DNA of 64,000 bases, taken from the NCBI RefSeq assembly GCF_001194135.2, contig NC_068991.1, positions 59,928,402 through 59,992,401 on the forward strand, read 5' to 3'. Below the pieces are notes generated by a model. That model worked only from the letters and a program-made list of their open reading frames with translations, ran no database searches and had not been told where the DNA came from. A program made the position numbers and the translations under genes. How positions within the stretch are numbered: the first letter of the stretch is position 1; each line of letters opens with the position of its first letter. The DNA comes from Octopus bimaculoides (taxonomy: Eukaryota). Below, in pieces: positions 60,056-64,000 of the stretch.

Positions 60056-61884
60056 TTATTTATATATATATAAATTATTTAACCCTTTAGCATTCAGATT
60101 TATTTATTCATATTGTTTTGAAATAATCATGCATTATCTTGTAGCTTTGCGATTTCAATGATGTGACTGTATATTTTTAGAATGACTTTGCAGGGCAGGT
60201 GTGAAAGGTAAAATCTGGCCACTTTGCAAAACAGGTAGAATGTTTTGGCTGGATTAAATGCTAAAGGATTAATGTACACAGTATAAAGATATGAGCTACT
60301 AATAATTTCTTGCTTTGGAGACATATGTCTAGACAAGTTTTTATAACACACCTTGTGTTTCCAAGTATTCTTCAGGATTGGAAAGACAAAACATGTTATA
60401 AAAAGCTGCCTGGACTCACCTCTCAAATGTATGAAACTATTAGTAGCTTGTATGTTTATACTGTGTACAGTAAATGATATTTCTCTCTTACCGGATGGAG
60501 TACTTTTAACAATATACTATATAAATATACTTTTTAAAGCAAGCCACAATACATTAGTTTACAAACTATCAAACATTGTATTTATTCTACAAGCCAAGAA
60601 GGGAGTCTCAAACAGGAAACAGTAATCACATTACAAGATAGTGCTTTTTTTACAAGAAAGGACACTTTGGGTAATATAGCTGGAATGTCATAGAGAAGTC
60701 TGCTACACTGGCAGAAAAGCAGAGAACAAGACAGGGGAAAGGTGAGATGTCAGAGTTTGTCATAGTTATACAATACAAGAATTACATTAATCTATTGTTT
60801 CATATAATACTTTAAAGAATTTATACCAGGCGCTGGAGACACAGATCCATAAATTAATCTGAGCACTATGTACCTGGTGATTTTACTGTCAGGTCAAGTA
60901 TATGTATACAAACACTATCTGCCAGAAAATACTTCAGGTGTCCAGTGTATTTCAGACAAAAAACATCTGAGTATTTTATATACTGACCATTTATATATAT
61001 ATTAGTATGTATATATTTATATTACAATTCTGTACACTCAGCTGATATATAGTATTTCTAAAACTTAGCTCAGTCGTCAGAGACACAATGTACACATGTT
61101 CCCCATTCTGTAATGATAGCAAGAAAAGGACAGAGATCACAATATGTGGTTAAAGGATTGTTATGTGTTATGTATTAGTGGATATATGTTGAAGTTGAAA
61201 ACTCTAGAAGAATTGTGTTTGTGTTAACATCAAAATATTTATCAGTTACTGAATTGTATACTAAGTATCAAGGCATTGTTTTTTTTTATAATGAATTAAT
61301 CGTTCACTGTCTGTATTTAATAATAAATATAGTAATAGCATAGGCAGTAGTCATGACCTACAATTGTTTACTTAGGGAGCATGTCATTTGGCATTATGCC
61401 ATGCTTGAGAAGTAAAACTGCAGTGATGACAGATACTGGTGTCATGCAAATGGCACCTGTGTCAATGGTACGTAAAAGTGCCCATTACACTCTTGGAGTG
61501 GTTGGCATTAGGAAGGGCATCCAGCCATAGAAACCATGCCAAAACAGATTGGAGTCTGGTGTAGCCTTCCAGTTTGCCAGCCCTGGTCAAACCGTCCAAA
61601 CTATGCCAGCATGGACAACAGACGTTAAATAAAGATGATGATATCATCATCCTCGTTTAATGTCTGCTTTCCATGCTGGCATGGGTTGGATGGTTTGACT
61701 GAGGATTGGCCAGCTAAGAGGCTCCAATATGATCTGGCAAGGTTTCTACAGCTGGATACCTTTCCTAACACCAACCACTCCAAGAATGTAGTGGGTGCTT
61801 TTTACATGCCACCAGCACGGGTGCCAGTTCAGTGGCATTGACATCGACCATGCTCAAATAGTGCTTTTTACGTTCCACCAGCAC

Positions 61885-61929
<45 letters not shown>

Positions 61930-62944
61930 TATAATTAACAAAATATAAAAAACATATATGGCATTTCATGCTTTATAAAACGTGTTTCATGAAATTACAG
62001 CCAGGGTTACATAATTGCTTGTTGAAACATTGTATAATCTTGTTAATTCACCTCCTCAGTGTTTAGCAATACCATGTTTTCTGTATTTTATTGATGCCAT
62101 TATATGGCTTGTATTCCACACACTAGCCTATCCTTGGTAATGGCCTGTATTATAACATACTAAATATAGATAGGAATGGCATGTGGGAAGTACTACTGAG
62201 CCCAAAAGTTTGGTTATATTGCTGCACTTCGCAGTGCATACAAGTTCTGTGTGTATGCATATATCAATCATCATTTTAATGTCCACTTGTCCATGCTTGA
62301 ATGGATTGGATGGAATTTGATGAAGTGGATTTTCTAGTGAGATGCACTTCTTATCATTAACCTATAACTGTTTCCATTTAAGGTAATATATCCCCATGAC
62401 TTGACACGTTTTCACAGAATGCTGGAAGTGAAGGTCACCACTTATATGACAGTGACACTTGTTTACAATTATCACACAATGTCAAGGCGAGGGGACAGTA
62501 ACACACACAAGCATGCACATATATATAACATCATCATCATCACCATTTAGCATCCATTTTCTATGCTGACATGAGTTAGACAGTTTAACTGGAACTGGTA
62601 AGCTGGAGAACTGCACCAGGCTCCAGTCTGCTTTGGTTTGATTTCTATGTCTGGATGCCCTTCCTAATATCAACCACTCCACATACATTATTTTAAAACA
62701 ACCAAAATACATACGTTTACAAAACAAATTGTTTGTTCTACAAGCCAAGAAGGGAGTCTCAAACAAGTAACTAGTCAAATCACACTACACTGTTTTTTCC
62801 AAAAAAAAAGACACTTTACACAATGTAATCCTAGAGATGCTATGACTGAAAAGAAAAAGAAAAAACAAAACGGCATAGCTAATGCCAGACACTTTTATCA
62901 TGGATGGGCCTGCTACATGAAGATTAAAATTTATAGAAACTTAC

Positions 62945-63030
62945 AACTCAACCTCTCCTGCTGTACTTGACTTGGCCAGTAAAATTAGAATGGACCCAGC
63001 TAACTTCACAATTCTAGGGTTACACAGTTT
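62945..63030 (-). CDS. Unidentified minus-strand gene, internal exon A (KLCNPRIVKLAGSILILLAKSSTAGEVE)
   Basis: Acceptor ttttttttccccccatttttgcag|, donor TT|GTAAGT. Only one frame is open (phase 0 to 2), and it joins exon B. Confidence 0.72.
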
Positions 63031-63584
63031 CTGCAAAAATGGGGGGAAAAAAACGAAAGTCAATGGTTAAATAAAAACAACAACAAAAGAAAAAAAATGC
63101 TTTTATGAATTGCAGGCATGCCTGTGTGGTTAAGAAGCTTGCTTCCCAGTCATGAAGTATTGAGTTTAGTCCCATAGTGCAGCACATTTGGGCAAGTGTC
63201 TTCTATTATAGACCTAGGCCAACTAAAGCATTGTGTGTGGATTTGGAAGAGTGAAACAGAAAGAAGTCTGTCATGTATGTATGTGTGTGTGTGTGTATAT
63301 TTGCTACTGATGAGGTTCCAAGAAGCAGAAACCTGGATTTGTCCCACATTATTAGGCAGATCAACCTTCTCTCAATAAATAAATATATATTCGTTCAAAA
63401 CCAGTTGTTTTCCCACTGACTGTTGGCACCACCTATCTGTGCACATTCTGTTAAAATAAATCAGATCTGCACAGACAAAAACAAACGGTGGCCATTATCG
63501 TGTAGCAGCAACATTTCTGCTGTCTCAAATTATTAGGCAGGTGCCCAATTTAAGTGTCATTATGGGTCAGAAATGTGATCTTAC

Positions 63585-63659
63585 CTTGAGTAAGAACTCT
63601 TTTAAATTGTTTGCTTATTATATATAAGCAAAACATACAAACACTACTGTTAATATTAT
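63585..63659 (-). CDS. Candidate further upstream exon of the unidentified gene (NINSSVCMFCLYIISKQFKRVLTQ)
   Basis: Acceptor attttatccacag|, donor CAAG|GTAAGA. Open 75-nt phase 1-1 exon. It cannot join phase-0 exon A directly, and no bridging exon was found. Confidence 0.35.
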
Positions 63660-64000
63660 CTGTGGATAAAATTTAAAATTGATGGTATCAACAGCAGTAA
63701 CATAAGTGGTTCGCAGGCAAATAGCATTATTTAGCTATAAATTACAAATTTGCATAAAACGTAAGAATGCTTAAAAGTGCTCCAGTCCACTCAGTTGGCA
63801 AAAATGAGTAGTACCAGTACTTCAAAAGGGCCAGCCTTGTTACATTCTGTGTCACGTTGAATCTCCCTGAGAACTACATTAAGGGTACATGTGTCTGTGG
63901 AGTGCTTAGCCATTTGCATGTTGATTTCACGAGCAAGCTGTTCTGTTGATCATATCAGCTGAGACCCTTGTCGTTCTAACCGATGGAGTGCTCCTATATA

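Noticed and set aside
60585-60614. H/ACA or C/D snoRNA interpretation of the duplicated 30-mer ending in ACA
   Set aside because: No upstream strand can pair to form the 3' hairpin, and there are no convincing C/D boxes.
60419-61115. Candidate minus-strand exons (ending 60420; starting ~60710, ~60918, ~61105)
   Set aside because: Phases are incompatible or donors are weak, and exon A joins exon B directly without them.
63307-63343. CTGATGA...GAAAC...GTC hammerhead-like string
   Set aside because: Stem II needs a mismatch plus an extra base before GAAA, stem III does not pair, and there is no complement to the upstream ttgcta for stem I.

Overview
AT-rich, microsatellite- and SINE-dense animal genomic DNA with assembly gaps. 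The repeat landscape suggests an octopus or other coleoid cephalopod (inference, not verified). Four spliced protein-coding genes were reconstructed by hand from splice sites and reading-frame phases. (1) A large + strand C2H2 zinc-finger gene: CDS 11479-14386 + 21076-27044, 2958 aa, 12 fingers, the last four resembling the ZFP91/ZNF692/ZNF653 family, followed by a ~1900-aa low-complexity tail. (2) TRMT10C/MRPP1 on the - strand: 3 coding exons, 382 aa. (3) TXNL4B/Dim2 on the + strand, head-to-head with TRMT10C; coding exons 2-3 are visible and exon 1 probably lies in a gap. (4) An unidentified - strand helical, Cys-rich protein gene with 6 phase-compatible exons (63030 to 49878) that the ORF track largely misses. 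Non-coding highlights: a near-complete type I hammerhead ribozyme (5968-6031) within a decayed ~310-bp tandem repeat (Penelope/retrozyme-like), a second decayed hammerhead in the zinc-finger intron, a Merlin-like MITE with a perfect 8-bp TSD, an internally deleted hAT-like element, piggyBac/Charlie/mariner MITEs, a young 5'-truncated RTE LINE and several long inverted repeats. Peptide matches to named families are from memory; no database search was run.
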